A DNA stretch of 64,000 bases from Alphaproteobacteria bacterium (GTDB lineage: Bacteria; Pseudomonadota; Alphaproteobacteria; UBA6615): contig JAYQBG010000007.1 in assembly GCA_038137215.1 (NCBI GenBank), positions 41,403 through 105,402 of the forward strand. Direction: 5' to 3'. Positions 35,530 through 46,273 of this stretch are shown here, in pieces. Position numbers and translations under genes: made by a program. Position 1 is the first letter of the stretch. Each line of letters opens with the position of its first letter. The notes below the pieces were generated by a model. The model did not search any database and was not told the DNA's origin. It worked only from the letters and a program-made list of their open reading frames with translations.

Positions 35530-36450
35530 TCAGCCCGCGAGTTTCGCGACCTCATCGGCAAAGTCGTCTTCCTTGCGCTCGACACCCTCACCGACCGTAA
35601 ACCGTTCAAAACCGATGATTTTCACAGGGCTTCCGATGTCCTTGGTCGCCGCTTCCACGAACTTTCCAACCTTGGAGTCCGTATCCATGATGAAGACCTG
35701 CTCCAAAAGCACAACCTCTTCATAGAATTTGCGCAGACGTCCCTCGACCATCTTCTCGACGATCTCCTCCGGCTTGCCCGATGCGCGGGCCTGCTCGGCC
35801 AGAATTTCACGCTCACGCTCGAGCGCTGATGCGTCCACCGACGCAATATCGAGGTATTGCGGCTGGGATGAGGCAACGTGCATGGCCAGCTTGCGACCGA
35901 GTTCGTTCAGCTTGTCCTTGTCGCCGTCCGATTCCAGAGCGACCAGAACACCGATCTTGCCCATGCCCGGCGCAACCTGGCCATGGATATAGCCGGAAAC
36001 GATGCCGTTTTCGACGCTGAGGCGCGCGGAGCGGCGCAACCCGAGATTCTCGCCAATCTTGGCAACAAGATCGACAACTGCCTGCTCGACGGACGTCCCA
36101 CCTTCGTATTCGGCGGCCTTCAGGCTTTCGAAATTGTCGCCATTGGCGATCGCAATCGCGGACACCTTGGCCACAAACTCCTGGAAGGTTTCGTTGCGAC
36201 CCACAAAGTCCGTTTCGGCGTTCACCTCGACGAGCGCCCCGGTCTGGCCTTCGATGATCATGCCGACAAGACCTTCGGCAGCTGCACGGCCCGCCTTCTT
36301 GGCGGCCGCAGAAAGGCCCTTTTTACGCAGCCAGTCAATGGCCGCTTCCATGTCGCCGTCATTCTCCGTAAGCGCGGCCTTGCAATCCATCATGCCCGCG
36401 CCGGATTTCTCCCGGAGCTCCTTAACGGCCGCTGCCGTGATCTCAGCCAT
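35530..36450 (-). CDS. tsf: Elongation factor Ts
   Basis: 306 aa; [27 protein letters not shown] start. Confidence 0.95.
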   Translation of the reverse strand: MAEITAAAVKELREKSGAGMMDCKAALTENDGDMEAAIDWLRKKGLSAAAKKAGRAAAEGLVGMIIEGQTGALVEVNAETDFVGRNETFQEFVAKVSAIAIANGDNFESLKAAEYEGGTSVEQAVVDLVAKIGENLGLRRSARLSVENGIVSGYIHGQVAPGMGKIGVLVALESDGDKDKLNELGRKLAMHVASSQPQYLDIASVDASALEREREILAEQARASGKPEEIVEKMVEGRLRKFYEEVVLLEQVFIMDTDSKVGKFVEAATKDIGSPVKIIGFERFTVGEGVERKEDDFADEVAKLAG

Positions 36451-36499
36451 GCCAATACTCCACTTTCATAACTGGTGTTATTGTATTGATATAATTAGA

Positions 36500-37384
36500 T
36501 TATGACGATGACGAATCGGGCCGCGCCGGCGCCACAGCCTTGGCTTCCGCCGGTGCCTCAGGTGCTGCCTCAGCGGCGGCGTCAGGCGCGGCTTCAGCCG
36601 ACGCGGCGTCTGCTGCAGCCTCCGGAGCAGCCTGGTCCAGCGCCTCTTCCGGCGGGGCTTCGGCGGCACCGACATCCACGCCTGCGGCGGCCATGTCCTG
36701 CTGCAGACCGTCAATCACAGCCCCTGCGAACAGATCACAGTAGAGCTGAATGGCCCGCATGGCATCGTCATTGCCGGGGATCGGCATGTCGATATCGCTC
36801 GGGTTCGAGTTGGAATCGACCACGCCCACGACCGGAATGCCCAGCTTCTTGGCTTCCTTGATCGCGATGTCTTCCTTGTTGGTGTCGATGATGACGACCA
36901 GGTCCGGACGACCGCCCATTTCCTTGATGCCGCCCAGCGCCATCTCCAGCTTATCGCGCTGGCGGGTCAGGTTCAGCAGCTCCTTCTTGGTCAGACCGGC
37001 GATTTCATCGCCGCTGAGCTGCTCGTCGAGATCCTTGAGGGTCTTGATCGAGTGGGAAATGGTCTTCCAGTTGGTGAGCATGCCGCCCAGCCAGCGCTGG
37101 TTCACGTAATACTGACCGCATTTGCGGGCCGATTCCGCGACAATGTCGCTGGCCGCGCGCTTGGTGCCGACGAACAGCACCCGGCCACCCTCGGACGCCA
37201 CGCTCCGCGCTGCGTTCAGCGCGGTGTAGAGCATCGGGACCGTCTGCTGCAGGTCGATGATGTGAATACCGTTGCGGACACCAAAGATGAACGGCGCCAT
37301 CTTGGGGTTCCAGCGACGGGTGTTGTGTCCAAAGTGAACACCAGCCTCAAGCAGCTGGCGCATCGTGAATGTTGGGACCGCCAT
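36500..37384 (-). CDS. rpsB: 30S ribosomal protein S2 with a C-terminal Ala/Glu/Pro-rich tail
   Basis: 294 aa; S2 core plus about 40 aa of low-complexity extension. Confidence 0.95.
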   Translation of the reverse strand: MAVPTFTMRQLLEAGVHFGHNTRRWNPKMAPFIFGVRNGIHIIDLQQTVPMLYTALNAARSVASEGGRVLFVGTKRAASDIVAESARKCGQYYVNQRWLGGMLTNWKTISHSIKTLKDLDEQLSGDEIAGLTKKELLNLTRQRDKLEMALGGIKEMGGRPDLVVIIDTNKEDIAIKEAKKLGIPVVGVVDSNSNPSDIDMPIPGNDDAMRAIQLYCDLFAGAVIDGLQQDMAAAGVDVGAAEAPPEEALDQAAPEAAADAASAEAAPDAAAEAAPEAPAEAKAVAPARPDSSSS

Positions 37385-37566
37385 GGTCTCTCCTTTACCG
37401 GTTGTGCCTCCGCAGACTGTCGCTCCCGAGGGAGCACCGGATCGACGCGCGGGGATGTCTGTCCGCTTGCCGCAGGTCTGCGTGGGGATTTACGATTCGC
37501 TCATGCGATAACGAGCGCGGTGATACCCGCAGGGCGCACCAATTACAAGGACTTAATGGTGCGGCG

Positions 37567-37899
37567 TCAGCGTTTCTTGTACTCGATCTCCAGCGCCACC
37601 AGCGCAGCCTCGCCCTTGACCGTTACATTGTGCTCGAAGCCGCCCTCATAGAAGGTCGCCGCCCCCTCCTTCGAGACCATCACCACATCCAGGCCGTCTT
37701 CGCGGCTTACTTCGACTTCGCTGTCCTGGAAGTGATAGCCGACGTAATCATGCTCGTGGTAGTGCCAGCCCGACTGCTGACCCGGCTCAATACGATGAAA
37801 CGTGATCCGGGTGGTCTCGTTGTCGATCAGAACGTCGTAGTGACCCAGCTTTTCGGGCGGTATTTCGGCGCGGGTCCGTTCTTCGAGCTTTTTCGACAT
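37567..37899 (-). CDS. Small cupin domain protein (about 110 aa), paralog A
   Basis: TRITFHRIEPGQQSGWHYHEHDYVGYHFQ cupin motif. Confidence 0.55.
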   Translation of the reverse strand: MSKKLEERTRAEIPPEKLGHYDVLIDNETTRITFHRIEPGQQSGWHYHEHDYVGYHFQDSEVEVSREDGLDVVMVSKEGAATFYEGGFEHNVTVKGEAALVALEIEYKKR

Positions 37900-37911
37900 A
37901 CCCAGAAAACT

Positions 37912-38241
37912 CTAGGTTTTGTATTCGATTTCGGTGACCCGGATATCGACATCACCCACATTCGTCGCGTTGTGCTCAACCGGTGCATTGATCCGCACGG
38001 CTGTGCCGGGCACGTAGTCGATGGTACGCTCGGTGCCGTCAGCATGCTCCAGATGCAGCCGCCCCTTAGATTCCTGGATGGTGACATAGTCAAAGTCGTG
38101 CAGGTGCCATCCGGTCTGCTGGCCGGGCTTGAGGACCCAATGGGTGATCCGCGTGCGATCATCATCGATCAGCGTCGTATAGGCCGCGATTTCGCGATCT
38201 GCGGCCTCGCGGGCCGTCTTTTCCATGAGTTTCGTGGACAT
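37912..38241 (-). CDS. Small cupin domain protein (about 109 aa), paralog B
   Basis: TRITHWVLKPGQQTGWHLHDFDYVTIQES; same architecture as the downstream neighbour; start ATG at 38241. Confidence 0.55.
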   Translation of the reverse strand: MSTKLMEKTAREAADREIAAYTTLIDDDRTRITHWVLKPGQQTGWHLHDFDYVTIQESKGRLHLEHADGTERTIDYVPGTAVRINAPVEHNATNVGDVDIRVTEIEYKT

Positions 38242-38295
38242 ACTGGTATCTCCTGATGCGTTTGTGCGGAGTTTACACCTCAAGACCGTCCGGAG

Positions 38296-41200
38296 CTATA
38301 GTTCACGCACCTCGGACACCCCGGGAATCGTCCGCATCGCCGCACGAATCTGTGGCGTGCATCGGTACTTCCCGCTCAGCCGCACGATGATCTCCCGGCT
38401 GCCGTCCAGAATGGCCAGGCTGATACGGCCATTAGCGTTGTCATGGTCGCTCGGGGTCGCCTCGCGCTCGATCAAGGTCTTGAGCGAGGGCAGCGGCTCC
38501 ATATCTTCCAGCCAGATACGGATCGCAACCGGCGCGGTGGCCGCTGCTGCCTCCAGCGGACGCACGCTCTGGGCAGACAAGCGCAACTGGCCCTGCTCAA
38601 TCCGCGCGGCCGTCTGGATCAGTACCGGTTTGCCGCTTTCCAGAACCTCGCGCGAGGCCTCCAGCACTTCGGAGAACATCATCACCTCGAAGGTGCCCGA
38701 AGCGTCCGAGAGTTGCACGAAGGCATACTTGCTGCCCCGCTGGGATATGCGCTGCTGTACGGCGATCACCGACCCGGCAAGCGCGAGTGCCGCCGCGCCA
38801 CCCTGGGCGTTGACCGTCGCTTCCATTTCCTTGCTGGAGACAATGCCCAGCTTCTGGAGGACGCTGTCATACTCATCAAGCGGATGGGCAGACATGTAGA
38901 ACCCGACCGCATCGAGCTCGCGCTGCAATTTTTCGGATTGCTGCCAATCCATGCGGTCGGCCAGTTGCGGCTTGATGGCATTGTCACCGGCCATATCGCC
39001 GAGCAGGTTGAACTGTCCGCTTTCCCGCTCCCGCTGGGTGCTCTGGGCATGAGCCAGAATCTGGTCGATCCCGTCAAACACGCGTGCCCGGTTAGCATCC
39101 AGTGCGTCGAAGGTCCCCGCCTCGATCAGATGTTCGAGCTGGCGGCGGTTCATCACATGGGCGTTCAGCCGGCTCGCCACTTCAAACGGATCCATAAACG
39201 GTCCATTTTTCTCGCGTTCGGCCACCAATTCGGCCATGGCCGCCCGGCCAACGCCCTTGATGGCGGCGAGCGCATAGCGAATGCCCCCGATCGGCGGCAC
39301 GACCTTGTCTTCGCCCTCTTCCACCGGCTCCGTTACGGGCAGATCGAGCTTCGCCACGCCGAACTCCACCCCGGATTCGTTCACATCGGGCGGCAGCAAG
39401 ACGATGTTTTGCCGCTCGAGTTCCTGTTTGTAGATCGCCAGCTTGTCGGTGTTGCCCATATCGAGGGTCATCGAGGCCGCAAAGAATTCCACCGGGTGGT
39501 TCGCCTTCAGCCAGGCCGTCTGATAGGCGATCAGCGCATAAGCTGCCGCATGAGCCTTGTTGAAGCCGTAGCCGGCGAATTTCGCGATGGTCTCGAAAAT
39601 ACGCCGCGAGGTGGCCTCGGGCACGGCGCGCTCCTTGGCGCCGGCCACGAAGGTCTCTTCCTGGGCGTCCATCTCGGCCTTGATCTTCTTGCCCATGGCC
39701 CGGCGCAACAGGTCGGCGCTGCCCAGCGTATAGCCCGCCAGTTCCTGGGCCATCTGCATGACCTGCTCCTGATAGATCGGAATGCCGTAGGTCTCGCCCA
39801 GGCACTGTTCCAGATTCTCATGCAGGTAATCAACCTCCTCGAGGCCGTGTTTGCGCGAAATATAGCTCGGAATATTGTCCATCGGACCCGGGCGATAGAG
39901 CGCCACAACGGCGATGATGTCTTCAAACCGGTCGGGCCGCAGCCTGCGCAGCACATCCCGCACGCCCGAGGATTCACACTGGAACACGCCTGTTGTATCG
40001 CCGCGGGTCAGCATTTCAAAGGTCTTGGGGTCATCCAGCGGCAGAGTTGCCAGATCGACTTGGGTGCCGCTTTCGGCGAGCAATTCGACGGCTTTTTGCA
40101 GCACATCGAGGGTTTTCAGGCCCAGAAAGTCGAATTTCACCAACCCCGCCGCCTCTACGTATTTCATGCTGAACTGGGTGGCCAGGGTCGAAGACCGGGG
40201 ATCGCGGTAGAGCGGGATGATGTCCGAGAGCGCCCGGTCGCCGATCACCACACCCGCCGCGTGGGTCGAAGAGTTGCGGTACAGCCCCTCCAGTTTCAGA
40301 GCGAGATCGAGCAGATGGGCGACGGCTTCGTCCTCATCGCGCATCGCCTGAAGCTGCGGTTCGCCGTCAATCGCTTCCTGCAGCGTCGTGGGGTTGGCCG
40401 GATTGTTGGGGACCTGTTTGGCGATACGGTCCACCTGCCCATAGGGCATTTCCAGTACCCGACCCACATCGCGCACCACGGCGCGGGCCTGCAGCTTGCC
40501 GAAGGTGATGATCTGGGCCACCCGGTCATGTCCGAACTTCTGCTGAACGTACCGGATCACCTCGTCCCGCCGCTCCTGGCAGAAATCGATGTCGAAGTCA
40601 GGCATCGAGACGCGTTCGGGATTCAGGAACCGCTCGAAAAACAGTCCGAAACGCAGCGGGTCGAGATCGGTGATGGTCAGCACCCAGGCGACCACCGACC
40701 CGGCCCCGGACCCGCGACCCGGTCCCACCGCGATATTGTTGGCCTTCGACCACTTGATGAAGTCGGAAACGATCAGAAAGTATCCCGGATATCCCATATT
40801 AACAATAGTTTCCAACTCATACTTCAAGCGTTCTCTGTACGGTTTGGCAGCCTCCTCACGGGCCGCGGCATCCATGTCTTCGGTGTAGACATGGGCTTCA
40901 AGGCGCTTTTCCAGACCGGCTTCGGCCTCGGCCCGCAGGGCCTCTTCCTCGCTCTTCCCGTCCGCCGTGGGGAATGGCGGCAGCATGGGCGGAGCTTCGG
41001 TCGGCATGAAGGAACAGCGCCGTGCAATCACCAGCGTGTTGTCGATGGCTTCGGGCAGGTCGGCAAACAGCGCCCGCATCTCCGCTGCGGACTTGAACCT
41101 GTGCTCCGGGGTAACCCGGCGGCGCTCTGACTGGGAAACATAGGCGCTCTGAGAGATGCACAGCAGCGCGTCATGGGCTTCATGCATGTCCTCATCGGCA

Positions 41201-41850
41201 AACATCGCCTCGTTGGTCGCCACCAAAGGCAGATCATGCTTGTAGGCCAGATCCAGGAAAGCAGGTTCCAGGCGATCTTCGGATTCGATGTTGTGGCGCT
41301 GTATCTCCATATAGAACCGGCCCGGGAACAGGCCGGCGAGTTCCAGCATGGCGGCTTCCGCCGCATCCGCCTGCCCTTCGGACAACAAGCGACCGGGCAG
41401 CCCAGCAACCCCGCCCGAGAGCGCAATCAGGCCGTCGGTGACGCCTTTGAGGTTCTCCATCTGAACGGTGGGCCGGGCATCATCGGCCATTTCCACAAAT
41501 GAACGGCTGACAATGTTGAGCAGGTTCTTGTACCCGGCCTCATTCTGAGCCAGCAGAACCAGTTGATCGCCATCGTGATGGTGCGAAGCCCCGTTTCGTG
41601 CCTTGCGTGCCGTCTCCGGGTCGTCCTGTAAGGCCAGCGCGATCTGGCAGCCGACAATCGGCTGAATCCCGGCTTTTGCGGCCGCCAGCGAGAATTCCAG
41701 CGCACCGAACAGGTTCCCGGTATCGGTGATCGCAACGGCCGGCATCTGCTTTTCGCGGCACAATTCCACCAGTTGCGGAATACGCAGCGCGCCTTCGGCG
41801 AGCGAATAGGCGGAATGAACCCGAAGGTGGACGAAATCAGCATGTGACAT
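38296..41850 (-). CDS. dnaE: DNA polymerase III subunit alpha
   Basis: 1184 aa; PHP domain start MSHADFVHLRVHSAYSLAEGAL, polymerase core and OB fold. Confidence 0.97.
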   Translation of the reverse strand: MSHADFVHLRVHSAYSLAEGALRIPQLVELCREKQMPAVAITDTGNLFGALEFSLAAAKAGIQPIVGCQIALALQDDPETARKARNGASHHHDGDQLVLLAQNEAGYKNLLNIVSRSFVEMADDARPTVQMENLKGVTDGLIALSGGVAGLPGRLLSEGQADAAEAAMLELAGLFPGRFYMEIQRHNIESEDRLEPAFLDLAYKHDLPLVATNEAMFADEDMHEAHDALLCISQSAYVSQSERRRVTPEHRFKSAAEMRALFADLPEAIDNTLVIARRCSFMPTEAPPMLPPFPTADGKSEEEALRAEAEAGLEKRLEAHVYTEDMDAAAREEAAKPYRERLKYELETIVNMGYPGYFLIVSDFIKWSKANNIAVGPGRGSGAGSVVAWVLTITDLDPLRFGLFFERFLNPERVSMPDFDIDFCQERRDEVIRYVQQKFGHDRVAQIITFGKLQARAVVRDVGRVLEMPYGQVDRIAKQVPNNPANPTTLQEAIDGEPQLQAMRDEDEAVAHLLDLALKLEGLYRNSSTHAAGVVIGDRALSDIIPLYRDPRSSTLATQFSMKYVEAAGLVKFDFLGLKTLDVLQKAVELLAESGTQVDLATLPLDDPKTFEMLTRGDTTGVFQCESSGVRDVLRRLRPDRFEDIIAVVALYRPGPMDNIPSYISRKHGLEEVDYLHENLEQCLGETYGIPIYQEQVMQMAQELAGYTLGSADLLRRAMGKKIKAEMDAQEETFVAGAKERAVPEATSRRIFETIAKFAGYGFNKAHAAAYALIAYQTAWLKANHPVEFFAASMTLDMGNTDKLAIYKQELERQNIVLLPPDVNESGVEFGVAKLDLPVTEPVEEGEDKVVPPIGGIRYALAAIKGVGRAAMAELVAEREKNGPFMDPFEVASRLNAHVMNRRQLEHLIEAGTFDALDANRARVFDGIDQILAHAQSTQRERESGQFNLLGDMAGDNAIKPQLADRMDWQQSEKLQRELDAVGFYMSAHPLDEYDSVLQKLGIVSSKEMEATVNAQGGAAALALAGSVIAVQQRISQRGSKYAFVQLSDASGTFEVMMFSEVLEASREVLESGKPVLIQTAARIEQGQLRLSAQSVRPLEAAAATAPVAIRIWLEDMEPLPSLKTLIEREATPSDHDNANGRISLAILDGSREIIVRLSGKYRCTPQIRAAMRTIPGVSEVREL

Positions 41851-41883
41851 GCAGGAATACTAGGCTGATTCTGGTCCGGTTTA

Positions 41884-42195
41884 TCACGCGAAGAGCGCGA
41901 AAGACGGGGACAACTCAGGCCGCTTTGACCTGCCCGTCCCGCAGTTCCGGGTCCGCTCGGAATCGGGAAGGCCCGCACAGCTTTCACCGGCAACGACCAC
42001 GTCACCCGCATCGGGACGCTCCAGCAGGCCGGCAATATGCAGCAGTGTCGATTTGCCGGCCCCGGACGGGCCGACCAGCGCCACGATCTCGCCACGGGCC
42101 AGAGCCATATTGGCGTCACGCAGCACCGACAGATCCCGCCCGCCCTGCTGAAAGGTGCGCGAGACGTCCCTGAGTTCGAGTGCGAGGTCACTCAT
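41884..42195 (-). pseudogene. lolD: Lipoprotein-releasing ABC transporter ATPase LolD, internal out-of-frame deletion
   Basis: The first roughly 100 aa ([15 protein letters not shown]...[12 protein letters not shown]...LPDSERTR) are intact, then the frame is lost. The +2 frame ends ...[13 protein letters not shown], resembling a LolD C-terminus; the Q-loop, signature, Walker B and H-loop are absent. dnaE starts 34 bp downstream. Confidence 0.65.
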
Positions 42196-43380
42196 TGCGC
42201 AGAGCCTCCACCGGGTCGAGGCGTGAGGCCCGCGAGCTCGGATAGAGCGTCGCCAGAACCGACAGACCCAGCGCCATACCCACAACCATCACGACCTCTC
42301 CGGAGTCGACTTCGGCCGGCAGCTGGCTGAGGAAATAGATTTCGGCTGCGAACAAATCCGTTCCGGTGAGCGATTCGAGCCCGCGCCGCAGGGATTCGAT
42401 GTTGTGGGCGAACAACAGGCCCAGAGCAGTCCCCAAGAGGGTTCCGACTACTCCGATGCTGGCTCCCACAATGAAAAAGACCCGCATGATCGTGCCCCGG
42501 GAGGCCCCCACCGTGCGCAGGATCGCAATTGCCGAGCCCTTGTCCTTCACCAACATGATCAGGCTGGAAATGATGTTGAACGCCGCCACCAATATGATCA
42601 GGGTCAGGATCAGAAACATGACGTTCCGTTCCACCTGCAGGGCATTGAAAAAGCTGCTGTTGGCCTGCTGCCAGTCGAACAATCGATGCTCGGGATCGAG
42701 GACCGAACCAATCGCAACCCGCTGACGCAACAGGTTGTCCGGGTTCTCCACAAAGATTTCGAGCTGGCTGACCGTCTCACCCAACCGGAAGTACTGTTGG
42801 GCGGCCACCAGCGGCATGAAGATGAAGCTGTTGTCGAACTCGAACATGCCGACTTCGAAGGTCGCCACGACCGTATATCCCTGCATGCGCGGCACCGTGC
42901 CGAAGGCCGTCACTGTCCCCTGGGGCGAGACCAGCGTGACCTTGTCACCGACAATCACGCCGAGCGAACGTGCCAGCCGCGATCCCAGGACAACCGCATC
43001 CGTTCCCTGAAAATCGTCGAGGGTGCCGGTACGGATGTTCCCCGCAATCGAAGGACGAGCCGCAAGTGCCTCCGGCGTCAGGCCGCGCACCAATGCACCG
43101 GCCGACCGTCCGCCGCTGGTGGCCAGAATCTGGCCTTCGACGAGCGGGGTCACCGACAAGACGCCGTCCACCACCCGCACACGATCGGCCAACGGGTTGT
43201 AATCGGACACGGCCCCGGCCCGGCTGACGACGGCAATATGGCCGTTCAGACCCAAAATCCGGTCGAGCAATTCGATCCGGAAGCCGTTCATGACCGACTG
43301 ACCGAAATTAAGCCCTCGGCCCGGCGCGCGCGCAAATAGCGCCACGCGATCATCCATTCGACCGCGGAAAACATCAGTCA
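42188..43380 (-). pseudogene. lolE: Lipoprotein-releasing ABC transporter permease LolC/LolE, N-terminal frameshift removing TM1
   Basis: The ATG at 43380 encodes MFSAVEWMIAWRYLRARRAEGLISV and then stops (SRS*). The rest of the protein (SVMNGFRIELLDRILGL... to the end) is in another frame, and the roughly 19 codons of TM1 are missing. Confidence 0.65.
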
Positions 43381-43434
43381 GAAATCCTGCCGCTGAGAAA
43401 AAAAACAAGAAGCTGTCGGCACAATATGGCCACC

Positions 43435-44760
43435 CTATAACGCCGCCCGTACCGCGATCCAGTCGCCGATCCCGTCGAGCGCGATTTCGGATTTCTCGCC
43501 CGTGGCCCGCTGTTTGACCTCAACCTTACCGTCCTTGATCCCGCGCGGCCCGATGGTGAGCTGCCAGGGAATGCCGACCAGGTCCATATCGGCAAACTTG
43601 CCGCCGGCGCGTTCGTCCCGGTCGTCATACAACGGCTCCAGTCCTGCCGCCGACAGATCGGCGTAGATGCTCTCGCACGCCGCATCGCAATCCGCATCGC
43701 CAACCTTCAGATTGATCAGGCCGACCCGCCAGGGAGCGACCGATTCCGGCCAGATAATCCCGGCATCGTCATGGGACGCTTCGATGATAGCGCCCACCAG
43801 CCGCGATACACCGATGCCGTAACTGCCCATCTCCAGCGTGATCTGCTGCCCATCGGGACCCTGTACCATCGCACCGAGTGGTTCGGAATACTTGGTGCCG
43901 AAGTAGAAGATATGGCCGACTTCAATCCCGCGGGCGGTGATCAACTGATCGCCCGCAATCGGGCAGTCATCAGGATCGTGCTTTTCGTCTGTCGCCGCGT
44001 AGTGATTGGCCCAGGTATCGACGGTTGCCTGGAGATCCTGACCATAGTCCACATCGTCGCCGGGCGCAGCCAGTTCCAGCAGTGCCTTGTCGCAGAAGAC
44101 TTCGCTCTCGCCCGTCTCGGCAAGGATGATGAATTCATGGCTCAGATCACCCCCGATGGGGCCGGTATCGGCTGCCATGGGTATGGCCTTCAGGCCCATC
44201 CGGGCATAGGTCCGCAGATAGGCCACAAACATCTTGTTGTAGGAGTGGCGCGCGCTCTCGTAGTCCAGATCGAAGGAGTAGTTGTCCTTCATCAGAAATT
44301 CGCGGCCCCGCATGACTCCGAAGCGCGGACGCACCTCGTCGCGGAACTTCCACTGGATGTTGTAGAGATTCTTAGGCAGATCGCGATAGCTGTTGATCTC
44401 GTTCGCGACGATGTCGGTGATCACCTCTTCGGCCGTCGGACCAAACAGCATCTCGCGATCGTGACGATCGACGATGCGCAGCATCTCCTTGCCATAATCG
44501 TCATATCGGCCCGACTTGCGCCAGACTTCCGCCGACTGGATGGTCGGCATAAGGACTTCCTGTGCCCCGGCGCGATCCTGTTCCTCACGAACGATTTGCT
44601 CGATCTTGCGCAGCACGCGATATCCCGCTGGCAGCCATGTGTAGATACCGGCCGCCGACTGGCGCACCAGACCGGCACGCAGCATCAGGCGGTGGGATGC
44701 GATCTGTGCCTCGGAAGGCGTTTCTTTCAGGGTAGGCAAGAATAACTGACTGCGCCGCAT
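43435..44760 (-). CDS. proS: Proline--tRNA ligase
   Basis: 441 aa short-type ProRS. Confidence 0.95.
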   Translation of the reverse strand: MRRSQLFLPTLKETPSEAQIASHRLMLRAGLVRQSAAGIYTWLPAGYRVLRKIEQIVREEQDRAGAQEVLMPTIQSAEVWRKSGRYDDYGKEMLRIVDRHDREMLFGPTAEEVITDIVANEINSYRDLPKNLYNIQWKFRDEVRPRFGVMRGREFLMKDNYSFDLDYESARHSYNKMFVAYLRTYARMGLKAIPMAADTGPIGGDLSHEFIILAETGESEVFCDKALLELAAPGDDVDYGQDLQATVDTWANHYAATDEKHDPDDCPIAGDQLITARGIEVGHIFYFGTKYSEPLGAMVQGPDGQQITLEMGSYGIGVSRLVGAIIEASHDDAGIIWPESVAPWRVGLINLKVGDADCDAACESIYADLSAAGLEPLYDDRDERAGGKFADMDLVGIPWQLTIGPRGIKDGKVEVKQRATGEKSEIALDGIGDWIAVRAAL

Positions 44761-44836
44761 ATCAGGTCTCTCCGGTCAGGCGTGGCGCGGCGGAGAGTAA
44801 GGAAAAGCGGTCGCGCCTGTCCATGGCATTCGACGA

Positions 44837-46224
44837 CTATTCGGCGTCACCGAATGCCCAGACATTGACGGCCCCTTCCCGACCGCGAAGTTCAAGGTTT
44901 TCGCGGGGCTGGAAGCCCGTCAGAAGACCTTCGGCTTCATCCGGTGTCCCCGTGAGCGCGGCCTCTACAAGATCATTGCTCAACACCATCTTGCACCCGA
45001 TGGCCCGCGTGGATTCCTCCAGCCGGTATGCGACATTGACGGTATCGCCGATGACCGCGAACTCCAGGCGCCGTTCGGTTCCGATATCGCCGACGACCAC
45101 GTCACCGTAGTGCAATCCGATGGAAAGCTTCACGACCGGGAAGCCGGCCTCATCGCGGCGTTCGTTCCATTCATCGACCAGATCGAAAATTTGGCGCGCG
45201 CAGCGGATCGCGTTGATCGCATCGGACGGGCCCGGTTCCGGCGTTCCGAAGGTCGCCATCACCCCGTCGCCGAGATACTTATCGAGGGTGCCGCCATTGT
45301 CGAAGACCGCGGTTTCGATCCGGCGATGAAACGCGCGCAGCATTTCAATCAGTTCTTCGGGCGTCACCGTCTCGGCCAAACGTATGAAACCGACCATATC
45401 GACGAACATGACGGCCACCTTCTGGGTCCGGACAGTCCCCAGAACACTGTCGTGTCCGGCTATTTCCTCCACGATGTTCGGGGGAAAATAGCGGGCGAGA
45501 TTCGATCGTTCCCGTGTGGCGTGTACCTGTTCGCTGACCAGGCGGCGTGCCCGCGCCACCGACGTCGCTAAAATCGCGGAGGTGAGCAAAAGCACCAGTG
45601 TTTCGGTGATCCGCAGGTCCAGCGAGACATAGACAGGGTCCAGAAAACGGTCGAGCCGCGCCTGTGGCTGATCAAAGCCGGGAATGTCGAAGCGGGTGTC
45701 GGGAAATGTCGAGATCCAGACGAGCCCCGCCCCCCACGCGAAGGTACACGCCGCACCGGCGAACAGCATCGCCCTGGCCGAATAGCTCCCGAGGGCGAAG
45801 ATCGCGATCATCATGTAGTAGTAGTTAAAGTTGCCGAACCGAAACGCCATCTGCTCGGGCCATTCTAGCAGACCGGCTCCCAGCAGGGGATTGGGCGCCA
45901 GTAAGGCAATCGTGACAAGCGCCAAATCAACCAGAAAAACAGCAGCGCGTGAGCATCGCTGCGAAAGCCCCGGCGCGACGTAGCGTGGTACAGATAACCA
46001 CTGACTACAAAGAGCAGGGTGATCGGCAGATAGAACCAGGCCGCCTGTCCGAGCAGCAGGAACACCCAGACCGTGACGGACAGCATCGCAACGGCGCGCA
46101 GATGCGCCGCGAGCTTGAGACCTTCCTGTTCCTGTTTCTGAAACGCGGTGTCGAGCCGGTTTTCGAGGCTGTCGCCGCCAAATGCCGCATTCTGGCTGTC
46201 TGGGACGGTCATTTGCCGCTCCAC
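44837..46224 (-). CDS. Membrane-anchored class III adenylate/guanylate cyclase, apparently split by a frameshift at an A5/T5 run
   Basis: The C-terminal catalytic domain (44837..about 45940) and the N-terminal multi-TM region (45865..46224) are in different frames, joining near the homopolymer at 45945-45949. Confidence 0.55.
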
Positions 46225-46273
46225 TGTTGGAAGCGGTTTACGCCACCTTTCCGGTGAAAGAAACCAGGATTGT

